Virus record (IMG/VR): IMGVR_UViG_2728369181_000008
Strand: one strand, 5' to 3'
DNA length: 40,347 nucleotides
Source: a virus
Lineage: Duplodnaviria > Heunggongvirae > Uroviricota > Caudoviricetes
The notes beneath the pieces are model-generated. The model was not told the DNA's origin. It saw nothing but the letters and a program-made list of their open reading frames with translations, and ran no database searches. Shown here piece after piece: positions 18,549 through 28,450 of this stretch. A program made the position numbers and the translations under genes. Each line of letters begins with the position of its first letter. The stretch's first letter is position 1.

Positions 18549-18890
18549 ATGAAAATGCACAATGCACCTCATTCCTGGCCTGACTTACTGGAACTCTTAC
18601 AAAGTTGGTGGCGTGGAGATACGCCGCTGGGCGCAGTGGTCATGTCAATTATTATGGCTGGTTTGCGCATTGCCTATTTTGGCGGTGGCGGCGGCTGGAA
18701 ACGAAAAACGCTTGAGATTTTGCTCTGTGGTGCTCTGACGCTGACTTTTGCATCCGCTCTTGAGTATGTCGGATGGCCTAAATCGCTTTCTGTTGCCATT
18801 GGTGGTGGTGTTGGGCTGATCGGTGTCGATGCTATTCGTGGGGCTGCAATGCGAGTAATCGGTAACAAGTTTGGTGGCTCTAAGGAGTAA
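18549..18890 (+). CDS. Holin (dual-start MKM motif)
   Basis: RBS ggaggtgagg; Met1-Lys2-Met3 dual start as in lambda S; hydrophobic segments; immediately precedes the endolysin. Confidence 0.7.
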   Translation: MKMHNAPHSWPDLLELLQSWWRGDTPLGAVVMSIIMAGLRIAYFGGGGGWKRKTLEILLCGALTLTFASALEYVGWPKSLSVAIGGGVGLIGVDAIRGAAMRVIGNKFGGSKE

Positions 18891-18893
18891 TTC

Positions 18894-19370
18894 ATGCAGA
18901 CACTAAATTCCCAACGTAAAGCTTTCCTGGATATGGTGGCATGGTCAGAAGGAACGGATAACGGGCGACAACCGACACGTAATCACGGTTATGACGTTAT
19001 CGTCGGAGGTGAGTTGTTCACTGATTACTCCGATCACCCTCGCAAACTTGTCACGCTAAACCCGAAGCTTAAATCAACAGCCGCAGGCCGGTATCAGCTT
19101 CTTTCACGCTGGTGGGATGCCTACCGCAAGCAGCTTGGCCTGAAAGATTTTTCGCCAGAAAGTCAGGACGCTGTGGCATTGCAGCAGATTAAGGAGCGTG
19201 GCGCTTTGCCGATGATTGATCGCGGTGATATTCGTCAGGCAATCGACCGTTGCAGCAATATCTGGGCGTCGTTACCTGGTGCAGGTTACGGTCAGTATGA
19301 ACATAGAATCGGTGACCTGATTTCCCGATTTAAAGAAGCTGGTGGGGTGGTAAATGAAGCTGAGATATAA
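18894..19370 (+). CDS. R: Endolysin, lambda R-type lytic transglycosylase
   Basis: 158 aa, near-identical to recalled lambda R (…NQRKAFLDM.AWSEGTDNGRQ.TRNHGYDVIVGGELFTDYSDHPRKLVTLNPKLKST.AGRYQLLSRWWDAYRKQLGLKDFSP…); RBS aaggag. Confidence 0.95.
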   Translation: MQTLNSQRKAFLDMVAWSEGTDNGRQPTRNHGYDVIVGGELFTDYSDHPRKLVTLNPKLKSTAAGRYQLLSRWWDAYRKQLGLKDFSPESQDAVALQQIKERGALPMIDRGDIRQAIDRCSNIWASLPGAGYGQYEHRIGDLISRFKEAGGVVNEAEI

Positions 19371-19746
19371 GCTGGCTATTGTTGCCTTCTTTGTTACCGT
19401 CATCGGTTCTTTTATCTGGTCTGCCGGGCATTACTACAGCAAATATCAACACGAAAAGGAGCGTGCTGATGAGGCTGTACGAAATGCTGAATCTGCAACA
19501 GCCATTACCAGTAACGTCCTGCAATCACTGCAAATCATCAATACAGTTATAGAGGCTAACCAGCATGCAAAACAGCAGATCGCACTGGAGTCACAGAGAA
19601 CCCAGGAAGATATCAAAGTGGCTGTTGCGGGTGATGATTGCGCTGTTCGTATCGTTCCTTCTGGCGCAGTTAAGCGGTTGCACGAATACGCGAACGGTAT
19701 ACGTGTCGGTGCCGGTCGTTCCGTTACCAGCCAGTCTGACGGATGA
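19354..19746 (+). CDS. Rz: i-spanin (Rz-like)
   Basis: N-terminal TM segment (LAIVAFFVTVIGSFIW) then coiled-coil; overlaps the R stop; contains the Rz1 start in the +1 frame. Confidence 0.7.
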   Translation: MKLRYKLAIVAFFVTVIGSFIWSAGHYYSKYQHEKERADEAVRNAESATAITSNVLQSLQIINTVIEANQHAKQQIALESQRTQEDIKVAVAGDDCAVRIVPSGAVKRLHEYANGIRVGAGRSVTSQSDG

Positions 19747-19772
19747 AACACCCCAGCCAGATTTACCCGACC
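19634..19772 (+). CDS. Rz1: o-spanin lipoprotein (Rz1-like), 3' end lost in the N-run
   Basis: MIALFVSFLLAQLSGC lipobox; proline-rich mature part; +1 frame relative to Rz. Confidence 0.6.
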
Positions 19773-19857
19773 NNNNNNNNNNNNNNNNNNNNNNNNNNNN
19801 NNNNNNNNNNNNNNNNNNNNNNNNNNNNNNNNNNNNNNNNNNNNNNNNNNNNNNNNN
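19773..19857. other. Run of 85 N (gap/masked)
   Basis: Read directly. Confidence 0.99.
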
Positions 19858-19933
19858 TTGTCAGCGTTAGCACAGTGCAACAGGGATAAGGCTGATATCA
19901 GGACTTTTGAGAAAAACAGGGCAGCACAAACCA

Positions 19934-20119
19934 ATGGCACGATTAAACGTTGAAGTTATCCCACCAGACAGCGAAACGATGAACGGGATTTTTGCAGAGA
20001 TTGAACGTAAATATGCGCATCAGCCGATGACGCCAAAAGTTATCGATGAAATGCAACGCGAAGCGGCGCGCCTTGTACGGCGAGCGACAAACACGAAGGT
20101 TACGTTCGTTCGGGACTGA
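19934..20119 (+). CDS. Hypothetical small protein (61 aa)
   Basis: ORF MARLNVEVIPPDSETMNGIFAEIERKYAHQPMTPKVIDEMQREAARLVRRATNTKVTFVRD; weak RBS; a TTG start at 19907 is also possible. Confidence 0.3.
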   Translation: MARLNVEVIPPDSETMNGIFAEIERKYAHQPMTPKVIDEMQREAARLVRRATNTKVTFVRD

Positions 20120-20251
20120 CATTACAGAAGCTCCTTTGATAAGGGGCTTCGATAATGTCACTAAGAGGAAAAATTCATGGCAAAACCGGACTGGGAGGCC
20201 ATCGAAACGGCGTACCAGTGGCGGGTGAAGTATAGGGCATCTATTTATTCA

Positions 20252-20800
20252 TCATTTAAAAAAAGAGTTGTCCGGATAGGTTTCAATAACGGTTATGTTT
20301 GAAAGACGCGAGGGGTTAACCGTGAACTCATTTTCACCAAGATAACGACTGTGGGCATTGGGGCCAGCTAATATAGAACAGGCTGGAGCTTCAGCTCTTA
20401 ACAGCAAACCTGGTGATTTGTATGCATTCAATCCACGACCAAACTTCTCGGCGACTGAAATGTCCGTTGTCCAGCAAAATCCAATGAGCCCTTTATCGAA
20501 CCTGTCTTTATTTTCCCCCCGATAAAGTACAAGGCTGTCACCATCATATGTTGGCAATAAGAGCGTTAATAGTTTGAGGAGAATTGAGTCGTCGTTGATC
20601 TTTTCACGTATAAAGGCCCCAGACTCAACCCATTGACTATGGAATGAATTTTTCATGGCAATTGATACTGGCTTTGCGTTATCGATGCTTTTGATAAACT
20701 CAACCCATCTGTTCCGACTGTGAATGTAATCAAGAAATTTCCTCTCATCGGACACCTTCGATTGAGGGCGGTTATAAGCTGCGAAATCTTCTAACTTCAT
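20252..20800 (-). CDS. Hypothetical protein (182 aa) with ADP-ribosyltransferase-like R / S-T-like / E-x-E motifs; antisense moron between lysis genes and terminase
   Basis: RBS gaggaaatt before ATG at 20800; motifs AFIREK or LVLYRGE, then FCWTTDIS, then ENEFTVNP; visibly AT-rich relative to neighbours; start lies 19 bp from the divergent terS start. Confidence 0.55.
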   Translation of the reverse strand: MKLEDFAAYNRPQSKVSDERKFLDYIHSRNRWVEFIKSIDNAKPVSIAMKNSFHSQWVESGAFIREKINDDSILLKLLTLLLPTYDGDSLVLYRGENKDRFDKGLIGFCWTTDISVAEKFGRGLNAYKSPGLLLRAEAPACSILAGPNAHSRYLGENEFTVNPSRLSNITVIETYPDNSFFK

Positions 20801-20819
20801 AATTTCCTCAGGTATATCA

Positions 20820-21371
20820 ATGGCACTCACCGACAAGCAAGAAATGTTCTGTCGCGAGTACCTCATCGATTTAAACGCCACGCAAGCGGCTATTCGGGCG
20901 GGGTACAGCGCAAAGACAGCTAACCGTACCGCATCCGAAAACCTGTCAAAACCTGACATACAATTCAGAATCGCTGAACTGAAAGCGCAACGCAATGATC
21001 TTGTTGGTATTAATGCAGAATATGTACTTAATCGCCTTATTGAAATCGACCAGATGGATGTGCTCGACATTCTCCTGCAAAACGGTGAGCTAAAACCCAT
21101 CAAAGACTGGCCTAAGGTATGGCGCACAACGCTATCAGGAATGGATGTCGTGGAGATGGTATCCGCAGATAGCGCCGCACTTCTGAAGAAAATCAAATGG
21201 CCTGATAAGGTTAAAAACCTTGAGTTGCTTGGGCGTCATGTTTCTGTTCAGGCGTTTAAAGACAACATCAAAAATGAAGTGACTGGCGCTGATGGAGGAC
21301 CAGTCAGAACAGAAATTACCAACTTAACGCCGGAGCAGGCTGCAGAGGCGTATAGAAAAATGATGGGCTAA
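20820..21371 (+). CDS. Terminase small subunit (Terminase_2 type)
   Basis: N-terminus [30 protein letters not shown] typical of this family; directly upstream of the large subunit. Confidence 0.8.
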   Translation: MALTDKQEMFCREYLIDLNATQAAIRAGYSAKTANRTASENLSKPDIQFRIAELKAQRNDLVGINAEYVLNRLIEIDQMDVLDILLQNGELKPIKDWPKVWRTTLSGMDVVEMVSADSAALLKKIKWPDKVKNLELLGRHVSVQAFKDNIKNEVTGADGGPVRTEITNLTPEQAAEAYRKMMG

Positions 21372-21373
21372 GT

Positions 21374-22996
21374 ATGCCGTTACCATTCCCCTTCGATTTT
21401 AAACATCCTGATTACCAGATGGTTTTTGAATGGCGGATGGAACGCTTACAGCGCATTCGCCAGAACCCTGAAATATTGCCAGCACTAAAACAGTTTTACC
21501 GAACCAACCCGGCTCAGTTCATCATCGACTGGGGCATGACAACGGACCCGCGTAATATTGATTATGGCCTGCCGGTGACCATTCCGTTTTTACTCTTCCC
21601 TAAGCAGGAGGAGTGGATCCACTGGATTATGGAACGCTGGGGCAATAGGGAGAATGGTATTACCGAAAAATCCCGTGAAATGGGGCTCAGTTGGACCGCG
21701 ATCGGACTGGCCTGCTCGCTTTGTCTCTTCAACAAAGAAATGGTTATCGGTTTCGGCTCCCGTAAAGAGGAATACGTCGACAGCACTGGTGACCCGAAAG
21801 CATTGTTCTGGAAGGCACGCAAGTTCGTGGAAACGCTACCTGTAGAGTTTCGCGGTTCGTGGAGTGAGAAGAAGCACGCGCCATATATGCGTGTTGAGTT
21901 TCCTGAAACTGGTGCCGTTATCAAAGGCGAGGCTGGCGATAATATTGGTCGTGGTGACCGTACCACGCTTTATCTGGTTGATGAGGCTGCATTCCTTCAG
22001 CGTCCTCTGCTGATTGATGCGGCGTTGTCACAAACGACGCGTTGCCGTATCGACCTGAGTTCAGTTAACGGCATGGCTAACCCGTTCGCTCAGAAGCGTC
22101 ATGGCGGGAAGATACCGGTATTCACATTCCACTGGCGGGATGATCCTCGCAAGGATGAAGAGTGGTATCGCAGGGAATGCGAGAAAATCGATAATCCGGT
22201 GGTGGTGGCACAGGAACTTGATCTGAACTACAGCGCATCAGCGGAAGGTGTTCTGATTCCATCCGAATGGGTACAGGCTGCCGTTGATGCGCATATCAAA
22301 CTGGGTATCCAGCCAACAGGCAAACGACTTGGCGCGATGGATGTCGCCGACGAAGGCAGGGACAAAAATGCCTTTTCCACCCGTCATGGCTTCCTCCTGG
22401 AAAATGTGCGGGAATGGTCCGGTGTGGGCAGCGACATTTATCAGTCCGTCGAGAAGGTTTTCGGCTTTTGCGAACAGGACAACCTCGAAGAGTTTCGCTT
22501 TGATGAGGACGGGCTGGGCGCTGGCGTTCGCGGCGATGCACGCGCTATCAACGAACTGCGTAACGCTGCGCGCCGACCGTCAATACTCGCCACACCGTTT
22601 CGAGGTAGTGGCGCGGTATTTGATCCGGATGATGAAGCTGTTCGCGGGGATAACGGGCAAGCCGCACGTCTGAACAAGGACTTCTTCGCTAACGCCAAAG
22701 CCCAGAGCTGGTGGCGGTTACGCAAACTTTTTCAGAATACCTGGCGCGCTGTGGTTGAAGGTATGGCTTACAACCCGGACGAAATCATCTCAATCAGCAG
22801 TAGCATGGCACTCAAAGATAAACTCATCATTGAGCTTTCGCAGCCGACCTATTCCATTAATGGTGTGGGAAAAATCGTTATTGATAAACAGCCTGATGGA
22901 ACCCGGTCGCCAAACCTTGCCGACTCGGTGATGATCAACTATGCCCCAATGAATTCAGCCCTGAACATCTGGGAGCTGCTAGGGAGACAGGCCTGA
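21374..22996 (+). CDS. Terminase large subunit
   Basis: 540 aa between small terminase and portal; Walker-B-like LYLVDEAAF; no canonical Walker A seen. Confidence 0.75.
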   Translation: MPLPFPFDFKHPDYQMVFEWRMERLQRIRQNPEILPALKQFYRTNPAQFIIDWGMTTDPRNIDYGLPVTIPFLLFPKQEEWIHWIMERWGNRENGITEKSREMGLSWTAIGLACSLCLFNKEMVIGFGSRKEEYVDSTGDPKALFWKARKFVETLPVEFRGSWSEKKHAPYMRVEFPETGAVIKGEAGDNIGRGDRTTLYLVDEAAFLQRPLLIDAALSQTTRCRIDLSSVNGMANPFAQKRHGGKIPVFTFHWRDDPRKDEEWYRRECEKIDNPVVVAQELDLNYSASAEGVLIPSEWVQAAVDAHIKLGIQPTGKRLGAMDVADEGRDKNAFSTRHGFLLENVREWSGVGSDIYQSVEKVFGFCEQDNLEEFRFDEDGLGAGVRGDARAINELRNAARRPSILATPFRGSGAVFDPDDEAVRGDNGQAARLNKDFFANAKAQSWWRLRKLFQNTWRAVVEGMAYNPDEIISISSSMALKDKLIIELSQPTYSINGVGKIVIDKQPDGTRSPNLADSVMINYAPMNSALNIWELLGRQA

Positions 22997-24462
22997 TGGC
23001 ACGAAACAAACAAGCCCTGCGGCGAACTGCGCAGGCCACAGCTGATGGTTATGAGAATTTTATTGCCCGCGTAGGGATGCAGACACCTAACCAGCACTCA
23101 GCATCCACCTACCGGGCTAATTTCACCAGTCGTAACCGCATGCTGGTGGAATGGTCCTATCGTTCATCCTGGATCATCGGCGAAGCGGTCGATGCTATCC
23201 CGGATGATATGACCCGCAAAGGCATTCGCATCACGTCGGAAATTGATGCAAAAGATCGTGGCATTCTCGAATCACAACTGGATGAGTTGCAAATCTGGGA
23301 TGCGCTGAACGACGTGCTGAAATGGTCGCGCCTCTACGGCGGCGCGGTGGGTTTCATCATGATTGAGGGGCAGGCACCAATGACCCCGCTGCGACCCGAA
23401 ACCATCGGTAAGGGCAAGTTTAAGGGGATTCTCCCGCTCGACCGCTGGATGATCGACCCGGTACTGACCCGCCGCATTAAAGATATGGGGCCGGACCTGG
23501 GTAAACCTGAGTTTTACGATGTGGTGACCACAGCAACGGGAATTCCTGCCTGGCGCATTCATCACAGTCGCCTGATTCGCTTTGATGGCGTCACGCTGCC
23601 ATTCCAGCAGAAGATGACCGAGAACGAATGGGGAATGTCGGTTGTAGAGCGTATCTGGGATCGTCTTACCGCGTTCGACAGCGCTACTGTCGGCGCGGCG
23701 CAGCTGGTCTACAAGGCGCATTTGCGTACCTACAGCGTGGAGAAGCTACGCGAGCTTATCGCACTTGGTGGTCCTGCGTATGAAGCGTTGCTGAAGAATA
23801 TTGACCTGATTCGACAGTTCCAGAGCAATGAAGGCATGACGCTCATGGACTCGCGGGATAAGTTTGAAACTCATCAGTACAGCTTCAGTGGTCTGGATGA
23901 CATCCTTTCACAGTTTGCAGAACAGATTAGTGGCGCTGTTGGTATCCCACTGGTGCGGCTGTTTGGACAGTCCCCGAAAGGATTTTCTACCGGTGATGCA
24001 GACCTTGCCAACTATTACGACCGCATCAGTTCGTTGCAGGAGAGACGTTTACGTCTTCCGGTGCGGCGGATACTTGACATCATGCATCGTTCGGAACTTG
24101 GCAAGCCGCTCCCGGATGATTTCACGTTTGAGTTTAACCCGCTCTGGCAAATGTCTGATGTCGATCGTTCAACGGTGGCGTTAAATACCACCAACGCAAT
24201 CAGTACAGCGCTGGGTGATGGTCTGATGACACTGAAAGCCGCTATGACTGATTTGCGCGAAAATTCTGACGTAACCGGCATCGGGGCATCCATTACCGAC
24301 GAGGACATAGAGAATGCCGAAGACGAAGCGCCGCCCGGCATCGGCGAACCTGATGACGAACCGCAGGAACCGTCAGGCGGAAATCCGGTATCGAACCAGC
24401 CTACGCAGGATAGCGCGGGCGGTCGGGGACATCGTAAATGGTCACTACGATGGTTCAAATGA
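22996..24462 (+). CDS. Portal protein
   Basis: 488 aa after terminase; acidic C-terminal tail; start overlaps the terL stop. Confidence 0.7.
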   Translation: MARNKQALRRTAQATADGYENFIARVGMQTPNQHSASTYRANFTSRNRMLVEWSYRSSWIIGEAVDAIPDDMTRKGIRITSEIDAKDRGILESQLDELQIWDALNDVLKWSRLYGGAVGFIMIEGQAPMTPLRPETIGKGKFKGILPLDRWMIDPVLTRRIKDMGPDLGKPEFYDVVTTATGIPAWRIHHSRLIRFDGVTLPFQQKMTENEWGMSVVERIWDRLTAFDSATVGAAQLVYKAHLRTYSVEKLRELIALGGPAYEALLKNIDLIRQFQSNEGMTLMDSRDKFETHQYSFSGLDDILSQFAEQISGAVGIPLVRLFGQSPKGFSTGDADLANYYDRISSLQERRLRLPVRRILDIMHRSELGKPLPDDFTFEFNPLWQMSDVDRSTVALNTTNAISTALGDGLMTLKAAMTDLRENSDVTGIGASITDEDIENAEDEAPPGIGEPDDEPQEPSGGNPVSNQPTQDSAGGRGHRKWSLRWFK

Positions 24463-25087
24463 CAGTATCACGGAAATTATTGAGGCGCTGGAACGCTACA
24501 GTGAAATCATCACCCCCTGGGCGACAAAGGTCGCGGAAAACTTTACCGCCGATATTGTGCGCAAGAATGATGAGCAGTGGCGTAAACACAGCAAAACCAT
24601 CAGCCGTGAGCTACGCAATCTGGTAAACAGTGCCCCGCCAGGACAGGTGATGAAATCCATCGTTGCTGAACAGGTTAAGTACATTAAATCGCTACCCCTC
24701 GAGGCGGCTGACAGGGTGTACGACATCCAGAATCGGGCGATTGAAGCTGTTGTGACCGGTGGGAGAGCGGAACATTTTGCTAAAGAAATAGCCGCATCGG
24801 GTGATATAGCAAAGTCCAGAGCTGACCTGATTGCCCGTACTGAACTTGGACGTGCAACCGGCGCGCTGGATCAGGCGCGTGCGCTGTCAATTGGTTCGAA
24901 TGGTTATATCTGGCGTACAGCCGAAGATGGTGATGTCAGGCATTCTCATCGGGAAATGGAAGGTAAATTTGTCGAATGGGGCAAACCTCCAACGCTTGAT
25001 GGCATGACCGGTCACGCTGGCGAGCTCCCGAATTGTCGCTGTTATAAAGAAATCGTTTTTCCCACCTCCCATTCTTATCCCGCCTGA
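24353..25087 (+). CDS. Head morphogenesis protein (Mu gpF / SPP1 gp7 family)
   Basis: C-terminal signature …DGDVRHSHREMEGKFV…GHAGELPNCRCY…; start uncertain: the ORF opens at 24314 and overlaps the portal 3' end by 110-150 nt. Confidence 0.75.
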   Translation: MTNRRNRQAEIRYRTSLRRIARAVGDIVNGHYDGSNDSITEIIEALERYSEIITPWATKVAENFTADIVRKNDEQWRKHSKTISRELRNLVNSAPPGQVMKSIVAEQVKYIKSLPLEAADRVYDIQNRAIEAVVTGGRAEHFAKEIAASGDIAKSRADLIARTELGRATGALDQARALSIGSNGYIWRTAEDGDVRHSHREMEGKFVEWGKPPTLDGMTGHAGELPNCRCYKEIVFPTSHSYPA

Positions 25088-25101
25088 ATCGCAGGTAACA
25101 C

Positions 25102-25614
25102 ATGAAATATTTTTTCAATACCCGGCTGGGGGAAACCCGCTATCAGCTGGCTGACGGCTCGTTGCTGTGCAAAGACGTGCCGATAGGACGAACAGGTAAG
25201 CAGCTCTATGGTGCTGATGACCTGCCAAAACTGAAACCCGATAAGTTTGGTGAAATAGTCGTCACGCGTTCTCCTGAGCAGGTATTCCATCCCGCCACGC
25301 TTGCCTCATTCGAAGGAATGAGTATCACGGTGTTGCATCCCGAGGATGAAAACGGGGATGTGCGGCTGGTGAATCCAGAGAACTGGAAAGAGCTCGCGGT
25401 CGGGCATCTTCAGAATGTCCGGCGCGGGGCGGGTGTGCAGTCTGATTTGATGCTGGCTGACCTTATCGTCAAAGACGAAAACGCCATTCAGCTGATCGAA
25501 GATGGCCTGCGCGAAGTGTCGTGTGGCTATGACGCGGAATATAAACAGGCTGAGCCGGGTAAGGCTCAGCAGGTCGATATTACCGGAAACCATGTGGCTC
25601 TTGTCCCTAAAGGC
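25102..25614 (+). CDS. Phage structural protein (DUF2213-like, possible scaffold/protease), 3' end lost in the N-run
   Basis: [44 protein letters not shown]… runs into the gap at 25615. Confidence 0.5.
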
Positions 25615-25653
25615 NNNNNNNNNNNNNNNNNNNNNNNNNNNNNNNNNNNNNNN
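25615..25653. other. Run of 39 N (gap/masked)
   Basis: Read directly. Confidence 0.99.
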
Positions 25654-25682
25654 ATCGTTGTGCAATTGGAGACAGAGACACA

Positions 25683-26351
25683 ATGGCAAATCAAAAGAAA
25701 AGCTGGTGGACCCGCATGCGCACGGCCATCAAAACGGGTGACGCTGACACCATGAACGAACTGGTGGAGTCGGCTCCCGCATCGGTTACAGGAGATGAGG
25801 GGGATTTGCCGCAGGGCGTTAATCTCAACATCAACCTGTCCCCGCAGCAACCACTACCGGACAAAGCACCAGAGATGGGTGGAGGTCCAACCGGCGACAG
25901 TGATGATGACCTCAAAACATTACTGAAAGCCCTGCTGGCTAAGCTGGAAGGAAATGCGACGGGCGATAACGACAATAAGCCTGACGATAATCCGACCGGT
26001 GACGGCGAGGACGATGAAGAGGAAACCACGATTACTGGTGACTCAGCCTGGCGTGCCGAAGTTATCGTTCCGGGTATCGATCTGAGCCGTAAGATGAAAC
26101 CGACCGCGTTCAAACGCGAGGTTCTGGCTTCTGCTGACAAAACGCTGGTTCGCCAGATAGTCGGTGATGCGGATATCCGCAAATTACCGAAACAATCGGT
26201 CGACATGGCGTTTAATGCCGTGTCTGAGATTGCCAAAGGGCGAAACACCCGCGCCACCACCGGCGATGCACAGCGCCCAAACATGGGCATGACCAGTATC
26301 GCTTCCCTGAACAAACAAAACGCTGAATTCTGGGCAAACCGTAAAGGGTAA
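25683..26351 (+). CDS. Acidic low-complexity head protein (scaffold-like), or C-terminal part of the gene interrupted by the gap
   Basis: D/E/G/T-rich middle region; position between head morphogenesis and capsid genes. Confidence 0.4.
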   Translation: MANQKKSWWTRMRTAIKTGDADTMNELVESAPASVTGDEGDLPQGVNLNINLSPQQPLPDKAPEMGGGPTGDSDDDLKTLLKALLAKLEGNATGDNDNKPDDNPTGDGEDDEEETTITGDSAWRAEVIVPGIDLSRKMKPTAFKREVLASADKTLVRQIVGDADIRKLPKQSVDMAFNAVSEIAKGRNTRATTGDAQRPNMGMTSIASLNKQNAEFWANRKG

Positions 26352-26354
26352 AAA

Positions 26355-26861
26355 ATGAATAATGTATTTCTGTACCGGATGCCTGTTGGCATTGCCGGGG
26401 CTGTCTCTCGCCCGCAGGACTTAACCGTCGAACCGGTGGTCCTTAAATCCGATAACGCCTTCGCTGCCTATGGGCTGGCTGGTAAATACGATGATGACGG
26501 TTTTTTCGTGCCGCTGGCAGATGGTGATACCGCAGACAAGGTGAAGGGGATCTACGTGCGCCCTTATCCGACCACTTCGCAGCCGGACATGGTTCGCCAG
26601 GTGGGGAGCGGCAAGAACTTCCCGGGCGACGCCATGAAGCGTGGCTACGTGACCGTTAATCTCGGTTCTGATTTTGATGCCAGCACCATCAAAAAAGGCA
26701 ACCCGGTATACGTTGTCGTCTCCACTGATGAATCCATCAAAGTGCCGCTGGGTGGATTCATGTCCACGTCAGTCAGTGGCAAAAACGTGGTGCTGACCAA
26801 CGCTGAATTCACAGGTGCCGGTGATGCTGACGGCAATGCAGAAATTTCCTGGAAGATTTAA
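26355..26861 (+). CDS. Putative head decoration or accessory capsid protein
   Basis: 168 aa directly before the putative major capsid gene (lambda D-like position); call by synteny only. Confidence 0.4.
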   Translation: MNNVFLYRMPVGIAGAVSRPQDLTVEPVVLKSDNAFAAYGLAGKYDDDGFFVPLADGDTADKVKGIYVRPYPTTSQPDMVRQVGSGKNFPGDAMKRGYVTVNLGSDFDASTIKKGNPVYVVVSTDESIKVPLGGFMSTSVSGKNVVLTNAEFTGAGDADGNAEISWKI

Positions 26862-26872
26862 GGAACAGACGA

Positions 26873-27814
26873 ATGATTACTTTTGATCAGGCAACCGTTG
26901 ACAGCTCTGGTGCCTTTCTCATCGGGGAGCTGGAGCGACTCGACCAGACGCTGAACCTGCCACTGGTGGGGTACACCTGGACCCGCGATATTCAGTTGCG
27001 TGAAGATGTCTCTATCGCAGATGACATTTCCAGCTGGACGAATACCAGCTTCGCCGCTGCGGGTACTGGTGCAAATCCGAATGGCAAAAACTGGGTAGGC
27101 AAAGACTCAACTGCTATTGCTGGCGTGAACGTGGATATCGGCAAATCCGGTAACCCGCTGAACCTGTGGGGGATGGAACTTGGCTGGACGGTCATAGAAT
27201 TGCAGGCTGCTCAGCAGGTCGGCCGCCCGATTGATACGCAGAAGTATGACGGTATGCAACTGAAATGGCAGATGGATAACGATGAACAGGTATATGTTGG
27301 CGATTCCGCATTAAACCTGAAAGGTCTTGTTACCCTGGACGGCGTGCCTGTCAACAACGCTGCCAAAACGTGGGCAACCTCAACACCGGACGAAATCCGC
27401 GCAAGCATTAACCAGGTGCTGTCTGATGCGTGGGCCGCTTCCGGTTACTCTGTGGTTCCGCGTGATTTGCTGATCCCGCCTGAGCAGTTTGCTCTGTTGT
27501 CCAGCATCATCGTTTCATCTGCGGGTAACCAGTCCCTGTTGACGTACCTTCAGACCAACACCATCAGCTATCACCAGAACGGTGTTCCGTTGAATATCCG
27601 CGCGGTTAAATGGCTGAAAGGCCGTGGTGTGGGGAATAAGGATCGCATGGTTGCGTACACCAACGATAAAAAATACGTTCGCTATCCGCTGGTTCCGCTT
27701 CAGAGCGTGCCGGTGCAGTATCGCGGTCTGTATCAGATCGTCACTTACTACGGCAAGCTGGGTGCAGTCGAGCCAGTGTACAAAGAAACCCTTTCGTACG
27801 TTGATGGCATTTAA
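26873..27814 (+). CDS. Putative major capsid protein
   Basis: 313 aa in the expected position after scaffold/decoration genes; family not confirmed. Confidence 0.55.
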   Translation: MITFDQATVDSSGAFLIGELERLDQTLNLPLVGYTWTRDIQLREDVSIADDISSWTNTSFAAAGTGANPNGKNWVGKDSTAIAGVNVDIGKSGNPLNLWGMELGWTVIELQAAQQVGRPIDTQKYDGMQLKWQMDNDEQVYVGDSALNLKGLVTLDGVPVNNAAKTWATSTPDEIRASINQVLSDAWAASGYSVVPRDLLIPPEQFALLSSIIVSSAGNQSLLTYLQTNTISYHQNGVPLNIRAVKWLKGRGVGNKDRMVAYTNDKKYVRYPLVPLQSVPVQYRGLYQIVTYYGKLGAVEPVYKETLSYVDGI

Positions 27815-27855
27815 CAGCCACATGGCCCCCTGGTGGGGCCATTAAGGATGACCCG

Positions 27856-28077
27856 ATGGCAAAAAATAATGCAGTAATACACGTACATACCCCGTTTGTG
27901 CTCACGCTTCCCGACGGTTCACGGCGCGAGTTTGTTAAAGGCCGTCATGCTGTGGAGGAAGACGTTGCCACGCACTGGTTCACTCGTGCGCACGCGGAAG
28001 TATCCGTTGGCAAAGCCACAGACGCGCGTAACGAGGTAAAAAATGCCAAAGAATCAAAGTCTGCCAGCGGTAAGTGA
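27856..28077 (+). CDS. Small phage structural-module protein
   Basis: 73 aa downstream of the capsid gene. Confidence 0.4.
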   Translation: MAKNNAVIHVHTPFVLTLPDGSRREFVKGRHAVEEDVATHWFTRAHAEVSVGKATDARNEVKNAKESKSASGK

Positions 28078-28450
28078 TTTTCGCCGCGACTTCCCGCAGT
28101 TTGCTGACCCTGCCAAATATCCCGAAGCGCAAATCCAGTTTCGTCTGAATCTGGCCGATGAACTGCTGAGTGAAAACGTCACCGGCAAAAAGTTGTTTCC
28201 GTACTTTGCCGGATTGTTCGTTGCGCACTACATGACGCTCTGGGCGGCAGACAGCAGAGCGATGCTGGCTGGTGGTCCGGGCGGTTCAACCAATGGTGTT
28301 CAGTCCTCAAAGTCCGTTGACAAGGTAAGCGTCAGCTATGACACCAGCGCGACGCTGAATCCTGATGCAGGTTTCTGGAATAACACCCGATATGGCGCTG
28401 AATTTTATCAGTTGATCACGATGTTCGGTGCAGGCGGTCGCCAGCTATGA
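28043..28450 (+). CDS. Head-tail connector/adaptor-like protein (DUF4054-like)
   Basis: 135 aa in the head-completion region; family by recollection. Confidence 0.45.
   Translation: MPKNQSLPAVSDFRRDFPQFADPAKYPEAQIQFRLNLADELLSENVTGKKLFPYFAGLFVAHYMTLWAADSRAMLAGGPGGSTNGVQSSKSVDKVSVSYDTSATLNPDAGFWNNTRYGAEFYQLITMFGAGGRQL

Noticed and set aside
20801-21196. Upstream extension of the 20252 minus-strand ORF to 314 aa, antisense to terS
   Set aside because: The extension overlaps the terS coding region and the internal ATG at 20800 has a good RBS; the shorter 182-aa product is the plausible gene
21562-22725. Minus-strand and alternative-frame ORFs inside the terminase large subunit gene
   Set aside because: Embedded in a long, well-supported ORF; no RBS; Arg/Pro/Ser-rich translations
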